NCBI GenBank assembly: GCA_030949385.1
Contig: JAUZSP010000003.1
Span: 453,670 to 517,669 of the forward strand
Direction of reading: 5' to 3'
DNA: 64,000 nt
DNA from: Gammaproteobacteria bacterium
Lineage (GTDB): Bacteria; Pseudomonadota; Gammaproteobacteria; JAUZRS01
Position 1 is the first letter of the stretch, and the number at the start of each line of letters is the position of its first letter. A model generated the notes under the pieces. That model did no database searches. It was not told where the DNA came from and saw nothing but the letters and a program-made list of their open reading frames with translations. Below are positions 22,956 to 32,646 of the stretch, one piece after another. Both the position numbers and the translations under genes were made by a program.

Positions 22956-25900
22956 ATGATAGCGAAATTAAAAAAAGGCCTTCACTTAAGGCATGGTTTA
23001 TTGGTGACAGGAGCGGTGGCTTTGCTGGCCGTTGCTTCGGTACACGCGACGTTAACGGACGTTGCTTTATCTTCTGTGCCCGCGGCTTCTTTGTTACCAG
23101 GTCTTGCTCAGCAAGCAGGTGATTTGACCGGCCTGAGTGTTGCCACGGATGGCAATACGATGGTAGTGGGTGTGCCGCAAGTAGCGGGTAAAAATTTGGC
23201 GACGGCGGGGGTTAATATGTCACTGCCCGTGCCTTTAGTACCTGTGGTCGCTCCTGGTAAAGCGTACGTTTATGAACGTGTGAATGGTGCTTGGACACAG
23301 GTGGCCACTTTGGCAGCCAGTGTTGGAGCAGATAAAGACGGTTTTGGGGTCAGCGTGGCGGTTGATGGTAATACGATTGTCATTGGTGCTGATGCAAAAG
23401 CCAATAAAAATGGTGCGGTGTATGTTTTTGAAAAGCCGGTTGGTGGCTGGTCAAATGTCGGCGTGACCAATGAAGTCGCACAGCTTGTTCCAACAACCCC
23501 GCTTGGAGTATCTCTGTTTGGTCACTCGGTTGCCATCCAAGGTGGTACGGTGGTGGTGGGTAAATGGGGGTCTCCAGGGAATTTTTCTACAGCGGCAACC
23601 TCTGCTGCGTATATTTTTGAGAAACCCGTTGCGGGTTGGGCAAGTGTGGTTCCACATAATGAAGTGGCTGTTTTGCAGCCTTTGGTGGTTCCAAAGATCA
23701 TCGCTCCAGCAGTCATTGCGGTTAATACTCCACCGCCCTACTTTGGAATGAGCGTTGCCATTGATGGCAATATGATTGCCGTCAATGGTGATTTGGCGGA
23801 TAAAAACAACGCGGCGGTTTATGTGTTTGATAAGCCAGCGACAGCGGGTGGTTGGGCTGATTTAGCCGTTAATGCTAACCCCAGCGCAGAGTTGACTTTT
23901 TCAGCATTGGCTTTGGCGGTTGATAATGGTGCCAGTGGTTCACAGCGTCTCGGCTTTGATGTGGAGATCAATGGTAATACCATTGTGGCCAGTGCGATTC
24001 ATTTTGATAATGGTGCCGCTCTTGATTCTGGAGCGGTATTTGTCTACGAAAAACCGGCTGCCGGTTGGCCTGTTCCTGTACTTCCTGCGTTGTTTCCAAC
24101 GGTGGTGGAGTCTGCGATGTTAACGTCGCCTACGCCTGTTTTAGGTGGGAGTTTTGGTCGCAGTGTGGCGGTGACATCGGAACGTATTTTGGTGGGTAGC
24201 TTTAATAACTCCTTGGGTGCTGATCCTGGTGTTGGCTTTGCGGTGACGAGTGTCTTAGCAGCATCGGCCATTGGTACGGCTTATATTTTTGATAAACCTA
24301 CTGGAATCAATTCCAGCTGGGCAACTTACAGCAGTCTCACAAATCCTGCCCAAACTTGGCAATCACCTGCGGGTGTTTTGGATGACATGTTTGGCTACAG
24401 CGTGGCGGCAGCCAAGACCACCTACATTGCCGGTGCTTGGGGTTTGGATACGGATCTTGCGCCAGCGGATCTGGTGCTTGATATGGATGTTGGTTCTGCG
24501 GCGGTCAAAGAGACCACAGTTGATCTGGTCATCACCAATACTCTGCCCGCTGGTACGGTGCCGATAAATGCCAGTCAGCTAACTTACACCATTACGGTTG
24601 CCAATAACGACCCTGTGGACACAGCCACCAATGTGGTGGTTGCTGATCAGATGCCTGCGGGTTTGAGTTTTGTCTCTGCAACACCGAGTCAAGGGACGGC
24701 CTGTATTGATCTCAATGCCGGTGCTCCAGTAACGGTGCCACCGACTTATCCTTTGATTCAGTGTGCTTTGGGCAGCTTGTTGCCGAATACCTCGGCTTCC
24801 ATTGCGGTGGTGGCTAACGTCACCGATCCAGCTTTGATTGATCACACCGCCAGTGTGACGGCATCGGAATCGGTGGTGAACTCGGCCACCACCAATAATG
24901 CCGCCAATGTTGCTCCAATCGCCGATGCTGGTCTTCCTCAGACGGTTGATGAAGGTGCAGTGGTCACTTTGAGTGGTGTGGGTACAGACACGGCTCTAGG
25001 TACGATTGCCTCCCATGCTTGGACTCAGCTTACGGGTGATACGGTGGTCTTGACTGGAGCGAATACCGACAGTGCCACATTTACCGCGCCGATTTTGAGC
25101 GCCAGCAGCGTTGTACCCATGAGTTTCCAATTGACGGTGACCGATGACGGCGGGGCTTCTGCAACGGCGACTGTAGATATTTCTGTTACCGATATCAGTG
25201 CGCCGTTGATCACCGCTCCATTGGGTATTAGCGTTGAAGCAACAGGTACAAACACCACGGTGACCGCCGCCGTGCTTGGCAGTGCCACAGCGACAGATGC
25301 GTCGGCGGTGACCGTCAGCAGTGATGCAGCGGCAACCTTCCCTATTGGCAATACCACCGTGAACTGGACGGCTACGGATGCCAATGGTCTGAACAGCAGT
25401 GCCACTCAAGTGGTGATCGTAGCGGACAGCACGGCTCCAACCATCACTGCTCCAGCAGCGGTGACGGTTGAGGCGGTTGGTGTTACGACAGCGGTGACGC
25501 TGGGGACACCCGTAACCTCAGACTTGTTTGCCGTAACGGTCAGCAGCGATGCTCCGGCCAGATTCCCTGTGGGTGACACCACGGTGACGTGGACGGCCAC
25601 CGATGCCAATGGTAACAGCAGCACGGCAACACAAATTGTGACGGTGCAAGACACCACCTTGCCTACCATCACCGCTCCGGCGGATGTGACTGAGGAAGCG
25701 ACCGGAGTTACCACCTCGGTTGTGCTGAGTCAGCCGACGACCATTGATTTGTTCGCTGTTACGTTGAGTAACAATGCACCCGCCGCTTTCCCAATGGGTG
25801 ATACCACTGTTATTTGGACAGCGACCGATGCCAATGGCTTGAGCAGTACGGTGTCTCAAACGGTCACGGTGCAAGACAGCATTGCGCCTACTCTGACCTT

Positions 25901-26477
25901 GATCGGTGGCGATAGCTTGATTGCCGTTGGTGGCACGTTTAGCGCACCGTCAGCAACAGCAACGGATCTGGTTTCTGGCAGTGTTGTCGTCAGCGATGAT
26001 CGTGCCACGGCTCTGAACACCGCCGTTGGCGGATCTTATGACATCACCTTTAGCGCAACCGATGCCGCTGGCAATACAGCGACAAAAGTACACACGGTGG
26101 TGGTGAACGCTCTGCCGGTGATCAACGGAGTGCCGACGGCAACGGTGGTGGCAGGGCAGAGCTACAGCTACGCCCTTGATGCTACGGATGCCAATGGGGA
26201 TGCCTTGACCTACAGTGTGTTGAATGCGCCAGCGTGGTTAACGCTCAGCGCCAGCGGTGTTCTGAATGGTTCTCCAACGGCGGCAGATGTGGGTAGCCAT
26301 GAAAACATCACCATTACGGTCAGTGATGGCAACGGTTCGGTCAGTGTTGGGCCGTTTACTGTTGAGGTGACGGCTGTTCCAGCTGCGAGCACAGGTGGTG
26401 GCGGTGGTGGTTCATTGCCTCTGGCTCTGTTGGCTGCTCTGTCACTGCTGGGACTGCGCCGACGCACCAACAAATAA
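22956..26477 (+). CDS. Adhesin-like surface protein 3, paralog of protein 2 with the same architecture
   Basis: GGAG RBS 6 nt before ATG 22956, then a signal peptide; same domain order; identical C-terminal region and GlyGly-CTERM. Confidence 0.85.
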   Translation: MIAKLKKGLHLRHGLLVTGAVALLAVASVHATLTDVALSSVPAASLLPGLAQQAGDLTGLSVATDGNTMVVGVPQVAGKNLATAGVNMSLPVPLVPVVAPGKAYVYERVNGAWTQVATLAASVGADKDGFGVSVAVDGNTIVIGADAKANKNGAVYVFEKPVGGWSNVGVTNEVAQLVPTTPLGVSLFGHSVAIQGGTVVVGKWGSPGNFSTAATSAAYIFEKPVAGWASVVPHNEVAVLQPLVVPKIIAPAVIAVNTPPPYFGMSVAIDGNMIAVNGDLADKNNAAVYVFDKPATAGGWADLAVNANPSAELTFSALALAVDNGASGSQRLGFDVEINGNTIVASAIHFDNGAALDSGAVFVYEKPAAGWPVPVLPALFPTVVESAMLTSPTPVLGGSFGRSVAVTSERILVGSFNNSLGADPGVGFAVTSVLAASAIGTAYIFDKPTGINSSWATYSSLTNPAQTWQSPAGVLDDMFGYSVAAAKTTYIAGAWGLDTDLAPADLVLDMDVGSAAVKETTVDLVITNTLPAGTVPINASQLTYTITVANNDPVDTATNVVVADQMPAGLSFVSATPSQGTACIDLNAGAPVTVPPTYPLIQCALGSLLPNTSASIAVVANVTDPALIDHTASVTASESVVNSATTNNAANVAPIADAGLPQTVDEGAVVTLSGVGTDTALGTIASHAWTQLTGDTVVLTGANTDSATFTAPILSASSVVPMSFQLTVTDDGGASATATVDISVTDISAPLITAPLGISVEATGTNTTVTAAVLGSATATDASAVTVSSDAAATFPIGNTTVNWTATDANGLNSSATQVVIVADSTAPTITAPAAVTVEAVGVTTAVTLGTPVTSDLFAVTVSSDAPARFPVGDTTVTWTATDANGNSSTATQIVTVQDTTLPTITAPADVTEEATGVTTSVVLSQPTTIDLFAVTLSNNAPAAFPMGDTTVIWTATDANGLSSTVSQTVTVQDSIAPTLTLIGGDSLIAVGGTFSAPSATATDLVSGSVVVSDDRATALNTAVGGSYDITFSATDAAGNTATKVHTVVVNALPVINGVPTATVVAGQSYSYALDATDANGDALTYSVLNAPAWLTLSASGVLNGSPTAADVGSHENITITVSDGNGSVSVGPFTVEVTAVPAASTGGGGGGSLPLALLAALSLLGLRRRTNK

Positions 26478-26496
26478 ATTAGAGTTTCTCTCCTTT
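26079..26496 (+). repeat. 418-bp near-identical direct repeat, copy 2
   Basis: Matches 22219-22636. Confidence 0.9.
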
Positions 26497-26524
26497 AGCC
26501 CTCACTTAGATGAGGGCTTTTTTT
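26497..26524 (+). terminator. Rho-independent terminator
   Basis: AGCCCTCA-CTTAGA-TGAGGGCT plus T tract. Confidence 0.85.
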
Positions 26525-26605
26525 ATGCCGGTAAAAAAGTTTCAGAGCGGAATTTAAATGCTATGGTGAAAAGCCCATGTGATAAACAACGATTGAGGAG
26601 CTGTT

Positions 26606-27127
26606 ATGTCGATTCGCCCTTTTGCTGGAATAGAGCCCACCATTGCAGCCAGCGCTTATATTGATGCGGATGCGGTGGTGATTGGTGATGTCCACATCGG
26701 TGAGCAGAGTTCGGTTTGGCCGACGGTGGTGATTCGCGGTGATGTGGAAAAAATTCGCATCGGTGCACACAGCAACATTCAAGACGGCTCGGTGCTGCAC
26801 GTCAGTCACGACAGCGAATACGCACCAGGTGGAAAATCCTTGCTGATCGGTGACGGTGTGACCGTGGGGCATAAGGTAATTTTGCACGGCTGCACGGTGC
26901 AAGATTATGTCTTGGTCGGCATGGGGGCGATTGTCTTGGATGGTGCTGTTTTAGAGTCTGGAGTGATGTTGGGGGCGGGCAGTTTGGTCTCTCCTGGCAA
27001 GGTATTGGAAGGCGGTTATTTGTGGTTGGGTTCACCGGCCAAACGGGTACGTCCTTTGAGCGATAAAGAACGCCGCTTTTTGCGTTACTCGGCAGAGCAT
27101 TATCAACGTCTTAAAGATCGTTATTGA
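26606..27127 (+). CDS. Gamma-carbonic anhydrase family protein (YrdA-like)
   Basis: Hexapeptide repeats; 'IRGD', 'NIQDGSVLH', 'TVGHKVILHGC' zinc-binding histidines. Confidence 0.9.
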   Translation: MSIRPFAGIEPTIAASAYIDADAVVIGDVHIGEQSSVWPTVVIRGDVEKIRIGAHSNIQDGSVLHVSHDSEYAPGGKSLLIGDGVTVGHKVILHGCTVQDYVLVGMGAIVLDGAVLESGVMLGAGSLVSPGKVLEGGYLWLGSPAKRVRPLSDKERRFLRYSAEHYQRLKDRY

Positions 27128-27179
27128 TCTGGGGCACGATGCTTGAGGTGAATGTATTGGGTTGTTGAAGGAGTATTTT

Positions 27180-27785
27180 ATGTTTGATGATCATGAAGGC
27201 GGTTATGAGGCGCGAACTTCGGAACTGGAAGGGGTTAAGGTTGGCAGCCTTTTTTATCTGATGGGGGCCTCGGGGGTGGGTAAGGATGCGCTGATGGCCG
27301 CCGCTCGACAGCGTTTGCAATTTGATGATTCGGTGTTGTTTGCCCATCGTTACATCACCCGTCCGGCTGCTCCAGAGGCGGAAAATCACATTGTATTGAG
27401 CGAGCAGGAGTGGCGCACTCGGCAGCGTTTGGGGTTGTTTTCGCTCTCTTGGCAAAGTCACGGTTTCCGTTATGGCATCGGTATTGAGATTGACCACTGG
27501 TTGCAGTTGGGGCTGAATGTGGTGATTAACGGCTCGCGTGAATATTTGGCCGAGGCGAGCAGGCAGTATGATCTGCGCCCCATTTTGGTATCCGCTTCTG
27601 CATCAACCTTGCGCCAGCGTCTGTTAAATCGAGGCCGAGAGGGGGGAGAGTCTATCGAATTGCGATTGCAACGGGCGCAGCAGTACGATCAGCTCATTCA
27701 CCCTAAGTTGATGACGTTGCATAACGATGCGGAGTTGGAAACAGCGGTCGAACAGCTGCTTTTGCTGTTGACCGATTCGGTTTGA
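27180..27785 (+). CDS. phnN: Ribose 1,5-bisphosphate phosphokinase
   Basis: '[10 protein letters not shown]', 'AHRYITRP', '[12 protein letters not shown]', 'NGSR' are PhnN signatures; AAGGAG RBS before ATG 27180. Confidence 0.85.
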   Translation: MFDDHEGGYEARTSELEGVKVGSLFYLMGASGVGKDALMAAARQRLQFDDSVLFAHRYITRPAAPEAENHIVLSEQEWRTRQRLGLFSLSWQSHGFRYGIGIEIDHWLQLGLNVVINGSREYLAEASRQYDLRPILVSASASTLRQRLLNRGREGGESIELRLQRAQQYDQLIHPKLMTLHNDAELETAVEQLLLLLTDSV

Positions 27786-27803
27786 AGTTGAAAAAAAGAG
27801 GGT

Positions 27804-28668
27804 TTAGAGTTGGGTGCGTAAGGCTGCGATGCGCTCTTCTAAAGGCGGATGGCTGGAGAAGAAGCGCGAAAAACCGCCGCCACTGGCGATACCAAACGCC
27901 GCCAACTGACCGTCCAGTTGTGAGGGTTGGTTGTTTTTCAGCCGTTCCAGAGCAGCGATCATCTTTTGTGGAGAACTTAAACGTGCTGCACCTGCATCGG
28001 CGCTGTATTCGCGTTTGCGTGAAAACCAGGCAACAATGGTGCTGGCAAAAAAATCCCAGTATCAGTTCCAGAACAAACACCACCGCCATATAGGCAAAGA
28101 AACCCAAGCCTTCGCCTTCTTCATCATTGCTGGAAAGGGCTGAGTCAATGGCGCTGGCGATCAAGCGGGCAACAAAAATAACGAAGGTGTTGATGATGCC
28201 TTGGATCAGCGCCAAGGTGATCATGTCGCCATTGGCAATGTGACTGACTTCATGCGCCAGTACCGCTTCCGCTTCGTCTTGGCTCATGTCGTTCAAGAGG
28301 CCAGTGCTGACTGCGACCAAGGAGCTGTTCTTTTTCATGCCGGTGGCAAAGGCGTTGATTTCGGGAGAGTCGTAAATGGCCACTTCGGGCATTCCAATTC
28401 CAGCTTGGGTGGCTTGGCGTTGTACTGTTTCCAGCAACCAGCGCTCGGTGTGGTTGCTGGGGTGTTCGATCACCTGCGCGCCAGTGGAGCGTTTGGCCAT
28501 CCATTTAGAGAGTGCCAGCGAGATAAACGAACCGCCCATGCCAAAAGCAAAGGCGATAAACAACATGCCGCCGATGCTGTTGGACTTGATTCCGAACAGG
28601 CTCATTACAATGCCGAGCAGCAGTACAATGGCCAGATTGGTGGCTAAAAAGAGCACGATGCGTTTCAT
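27804..28668 (-). CDS. htpX: Zinc metalloprotease HtpX; +1 frameshift in an A7 run at 28047-28053 (287 aa if corrected)
   Basis: '[11 protein letters not shown]', 'INAFATG', HEVSH; the corrected frame continues '[15 protein letters not shown]...[14 protein letters not shown]'. Confidence 0.92.
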
Positions 28669-28711
28669 AAGTTTTCTGTTTTCCTGGGCTGCATAAATAC
28701 GTCCCCATAAG

Positions 28712-28737
28712 ATGGGGGCGGTGGGCTAAAGTTCAAG
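28712..28737 (-). promoter_or_regulatory. Sigma32 (RpoH) heat-shock promoter of htpX
   Basis: Minus strand reads CTTGAA-N14-CCCCAT, a consensus match; htpX is a known RpoH target. Confidence 0.8.
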
Positions 28738-28864
28738 CCAGCAGCGTGTTTAGAGGGTTGGTTTTGTCTCGTTATCGCACTGGGTCGGGCAATTAATGCT
28801 ATAAACGCCGCTGAATTTTTGCTAAATTCGCAACCGTAATTCGATGTCTTTGGGGTATTAATTC

Positions 28865-30193
28865 ATGGTCAAGTTAATGTGGCCGCTTGTGTTGATTGGC
28901 ACTGCTCTGTTGTCGGCTCCTGCCGTGGCAGAGTTTGAGTTGCAACAATTGGTGCAGTTTCACACTGAACGCCAAACCATGGACGGTTACGTTTACGCAA
29001 CAAAACACCTGAAAGAGATGGAAGGTGATCCAGAATTTGATTATTATTATGCTATGCTGTCCATTGATTCTGGCAACAGCGGTCAGGGTGTGTTTGCGCT
29101 GGAACGGGTTTTGGCCTTGCAGCCGAATAATCGCGCGGCTCGCTTGGAGTTGGCGCGTGGTTATTTTGCACTGGAAGAGTACGATCGGGCTCGACACGAG
29201 TTTAAACAGGTGTTGAAAAGCCGCCCGCCCTCTCAGGTTAAGGCAAAAATTGAACGCTATATGGACGCCATTCGCCTTAAGTCGGGACGTTATCGCACCA
29301 CCTCGCAAGGTTTTATTGAACTGGGGGCAGGTTATGATTCGAATCTTAATGCAGCACCCAGTGATGAGCGGATTAGCTTAGGGGCATTGGATGTGCGCTT
29401 GAATGCAAACAGTGTGAAGCGAGAAGATGGCTACGCTGTTTTGTCGGGGCTGTATCGTTTCAATCGTCCTCTCACTCAAGGACGCTCCTTTTTTGTGTCT
29501 GGTGCGCTTGATTATCGAGGTTATGCCAAGGAGCAAACCTTCGATAATGGTACGGTGCAGTTGAATGGCGGTATGGTTTTTATAGAAAAACAAGATCGTT
29601 ATCAATGGAGTGGCCAGTTAAGCCAATATCTGTTGGATGGTGAGGCGTTTCGTAATACAGCGGCGTTAAATGGTCAGTGGCGTCGTCGTTTGGACCAGCA
29701 GCGCCAACTCTCCTCTTTTGCTCAATTGAGTAAATTGGATTACCCCGTGGATTCGGTGCGTAACTCAAGCGGTGTGCTTTGGGGGTTGGGGTTAACGGAG
29801 AATTTCGTATCTGCTTTGTCACCGGTGTTGTTTGTGAATGGCTATTTGGGCTTGGAGAAGCCCGATGAGTCTACCTTGGAAGCGCAAGCAACTGCGGAGC
29901 GGGATTATTTTGGTTTAAAGGCGGGGGCGCAGTTTACTCTGACGCCAAAATCGACCCTCTCCAGTAGTCTCTCTTATCAGCGCAGCCAATTTGGTGCGCA
30001 CCTTGACTTGACCGATGATAAAAAAAATCGCGAAGACGATTACATCAATGTGAGTGCCGATTGGGCGTGGTTGTTTGCTAAGGAATGGAGTCTTCGTGGC
30101 CGAGCGAGCTATTTGGTGAATGACTCCAATTCGGCTTTAGGCCGATACGATCGTCTTTATGGCGATCTTCGTCTGCGCTATGAGATAAATTAG
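28865..30193 (+). CDS. TPR plus outer-membrane beta-barrel protein, Slam/DUF560-like
   Basis: Signal peptide; TPR helices 'ALERVLALQPNNRAARLELARGY'; 'GAGYDSNLN' barrel start; amphipathic strands to the C-terminus. Confidence 0.65.
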   Translation: MVKLMWPLVLIGTALLSAPAVAEFELQQLVQFHTERQTMDGYVYATKHLKEMEGDPEFDYYYAMLSIDSGNSGQGVFALERVLALQPNNRAARLELARGYFALEEYDRARHEFKQVLKSRPPSQVKAKIERYMDAIRLKSGRYRTTSQGFIELGAGYDSNLNAAPSDERISLGALDVRLNANSVKREDGYAVLSGLYRFNRPLTQGRSFFVSGALDYRGYAKEQTFDNGTVQLNGGMVFIEKQDRYQWSGQLSQYLLDGEAFRNTAALNGQWRRRLDQQRQLSSFAQLSKLDYPVDSVRNSSGVLWGLGLTENFVSALSPVLFVNGYLGLEKPDESTLEAQATAERDYFGLKAGAQFTLTPKSTLSSSLSYQRSQFGAHLDLTDDKKNREDDYINVSADWAWLFAKEWSLRGRASYLVNDSNSALGRYDRLYGDLRLRYEIN

Positions 30194-30357
30194 TATTAGA
30201 AAAGAATGTTATCTTCGTCACGGTTGTGGTTAAGGCGATGCGTTATCTTTTTTCTGTTCGCTCGAAGGATGGAGCTTTGACAGTTAGGAGATAACTTCAC
30301 CTTAAGAAGGTGCTGATACTGTTTTCAGGAATGAACTAACTAGGTTGAGGATAAGCC

Positions 30358-32583
30358 ATGCGTACAACAAGTAAAAACCTATGGCTCGCCGCCGTGATTG
30401 CAGCAGTGATGTTGCCGACATCGTGGTTGATAACGCCGGTTGCGGCAGCAAATTTGGCGGATAACGCTCGTTCAACGGGTTATTGGCAGGTAAAACGGGG
30501 CGATACACTCTACTCCATTGCTCGCCAACTTTATCCAAATAAGGGCAAACAGCAGGCTCGTTTACGCAAGGCGTTGGTTCGTTTGAACGAAAATGCATTT
30601 CCTTCTGGAAAAGCGGACAGTTTATCGGCAGGTGCTCGCCTTAAGTTGCCGCGTTACACCCTCAAGGGTGATAAACCGTTGCTAAGAGCGAAACAAACGT
30701 CCGCCTCTTTAAATCAATCGGCTGACGGTGGTTGGAAAGTCAAACGTGGCCAGTCGCTGAGCATCATCGCGCGCCGTTTGGCTCCTGGTAACAAACGTCT
30801 TCAAGAAAATTTGGTTGCTGATCTGCTGCGCCTTAATCCCAGTGCTTTTGCGGGCGGCAAGGTGCGTGGTTTGAGGGTTGGAGCGCTATTAACTCTGCCG
30901 TCTTACTTAACCGAGAAGAGTGTTACGAAACCGATGCGTCAAGTGGTTTCCACGGAAACCTTAGGTCAGCCCGTTGTAACCTTACCTAAAAAGCAGTCCG
31001 CTAAACCGATGCCCGTGGTGGCCAAGGTGAGTTTGCCCTTGGCCAACTCGGTTGGTCGTGTGTTGATGACCACCTCTGTTTTGCAGGCGCGTCGGGATGC
31101 CGGTGCGCTGCGTTCATTGAACCGTAACAGCCGAGTTTATGTTGGGGATACCTTGATCACTGGTTCTGCTGGCACCACTCAGTTACGCATGAAAGACGGT
31201 GCTTTATTGGCTTTGCGCCCTTCAACGGAGTTTAAAATCGAGGAGTACCGTTACGAAGGCAGTGAAAACGGACGTGAGCGGAGTTTCTTCCGCCTCTTGC
31301 GCGGGGGATTTCGCACCATTACTGGCGCGGTGGGGCACCTGAACAAATCTAATTATCGGGTTGCAACTCGGGTGGCGACCATCGGCATTCGGGGTACTCA
31401 TTACGGTTTGCAGCTTTGTGATTCCGGTTGTGGTGCAGGTAAAAGCGGACTTTATGGCGGTGTTGTGGATGGCAGCATTGTGGTGAGCAACGATGCGGGG
31501 GAGAAAGTGTTCAACAATGATGAATATTTTCATGTTGCTACCGCGGCCTCCCAGGCTCGGCCTTTGTTAGCTCCTCCTGGGGTGGTGTTCGATGCGGATA
31601 TGCCCGCGAGCGGTGGTGATGATTCTGAGGGTGTTGAGGGCATCATGGCGAGTTTGAGCAACATGCATCCTGATGCGGATCAACTTTCTGTCAGCATGTT
31701 GTCAACTATCACGACAACGGTTTCTGAACAGCCTAATGCCGTAGGTAAACAGGCCAATCCAGAAGAACAGTTTAATTCTGTGGGTGTGGTGGGTGGACGG
31801 GGCAGTGCACCCGTTGCCGGTTCAGTTGCGTTGGCCGCTTGGTCGTCAGAATCCGCTTCCGGTCAGTTTTCTGGCAACAGCTCGGGGGTGCAAGCAGGTG
31901 AAGCAAACGGTGCTTTTTCAGTTGAGCAGCAGCGTACTGACATTGCTTCAGGTCAACGGGTGGATAATGCCGTTTCAGCGTTGGGGCGGCAAGAGAACCG
32001 AGTTGCGTTTTTAGCAGGCAATGCTCTGTTAAGAGACACCGGTTTGGTGCAGGTTGCGGGAGTGGATGTGGGTTGGGGGCGTTGGCAAGGCGATTGGCGA
32101 GCGTTCTCTAACGATGTTGAACAGAGCAATGGTTCCAGTGTGCATTATGTTTATGGCTCTCAAGTGACCACTGCTGATCAGTTACGTGCGTTGAGTGGTA
32201 CGGTTAATTACACCACGATTGTGGGTGGAACCTTGTCTACTGCACATAGCCCCAGTGTCAATACGGGGCAATTGACCTCTGTTGAGGTAGAGGTTGATTT
32301 TGGTGCTATGCAGATTGATAAATATGAAATCAGCGCGGATTTTATGGACAGTACTGAAACCTTGAGTGCGCAGAGCATTGCGCCGACGTCGTTGAGCAGC
32401 GCAGCTCAGGGTGGCCTTGTTTTAGATGGTAATTATATTACGGCGACTTCTGTTACTCAGCCCTTGAGCGGCAGTGCCAGTGTGAACTTTGTCGGTGCGC
32501 AGGCACAAGGCCTGTTGAGCAGTTACGCTTTGGCGGGTGAAGATAATGCGTACAGTGGGACTTTTGTTGCTACTGCGCCTTAA
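30358..32583 (+). CDS. Exported protein with two FimV-like LysM domains, a FecR domain and a C-terminal small beta-barrel-like region
   Basis: 'WQVKRGDTLYSIA...LNENAF...LKLP' motif twice; FecR motifs 'GDTLITG', 'LLRGGFRTITG', 'ATIGIRGTHY'; C-terminal 'VEVDFG...GSASVNFVG' strands. Confidence 0.7.
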   Translation: MRTTSKNLWLAAVIAAVMLPTSWLITPVAAANLADNARSTGYWQVKRGDTLYSIARQLYPNKGKQQARLRKALVRLNENAFPSGKADSLSAGARLKLPRYTLKGDKPLLRAKQTSASLNQSADGGWKVKRGQSLSIIARRLAPGNKRLQENLVADLLRLNPSAFAGGKVRGLRVGALLTLPSYLTEKSVTKPMRQVVSTETLGQPVVTLPKKQSAKPMPVVAKVSLPLANSVGRVLMTTSVLQARRDAGALRSLNRNSRVYVGDTLITGSAGTTQLRMKDGALLALRPSTEFKIEEYRYEGSENGRERSFFRLLRGGFRTITGAVGHLNKSNYRVATRVATIGIRGTHYGLQLCDSGCGAGKSGLYGGVVDGSIVVSNDAGEKVFNNDEYFHVATAASQARPLLAPPGVVFDADMPASGGDDSEGVEGIMASLSNMHPDADQLSVSMLSTITTTVSEQPNAVGKQANPEEQFNSVGVVGGRGSAPVAGSVALAAWSSESASGQFSGNSSGVQAGEANGAFSVEQQRTDIASGQRVDNAVSALGRQENRVAFLAGNALLRDTGLVQVAGVDVGWGRWQGDWRAFSNDVEQSNGSSVHYVYGSQVTTADQLRALSGTVNYTTIVGGTLSTAHSPSVNTGQLTSVEVEVDFGAMQIDKYEISADFMDSTETLSAQSIAPTSLSSAAQGGLVLDGNYITATSVTQPLSGSASVNFVGAQAQGLLSSYALAGEDNAYSGTFVATAP

Positions 32584-32603
32584 AAACAGGTGACGGTGAT
32601 TGA

Positions 32604-32634
32604 TAAAAAACGGTGGCTTAGGCCACCGTTTTTT
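32604..32634. terminator. Bidirectional rho-independent terminator
   Basis: AAAAAACGGTGGC-TTAG-GCCACCGTTTTT between convergent genes. Confidence 0.85.
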
Positions 32635-32646
32635 ATCTGTTCTGTT

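Noticed and set aside
20967-26473. Long antisense ORFs within the adhesin genes (e.g. 20967-21770) and similar ones inside lipA and nasA
   Set aside because: Shadow frames produced by codon bias of the real genes; no RBS or recognisable domains
14518-26496. Diversity-generating retroelement or invertase shufflon acting on the adhesin array
   Set aside because: No reverse transcriptase or recombinase in the window; the repeat pair differs by one C/T rather than adenine-specific changes; all copies are in direct orientation
27703-28046. Cys/Arg-rich C-terminal tail of HtpX in the ORF track
   Set aside because: Artefact of the +1 frameshift; the canonical HtpX C-terminus is in the adjacent frame ending at 27804
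30203-30225. Zur-box-like half site (GAATGTTAT) upstream of the LysM-FecR gene
   Set aside because: Only the left half matches and it is not palindromic; no convincing Zur box was seen between znuC and znuA either
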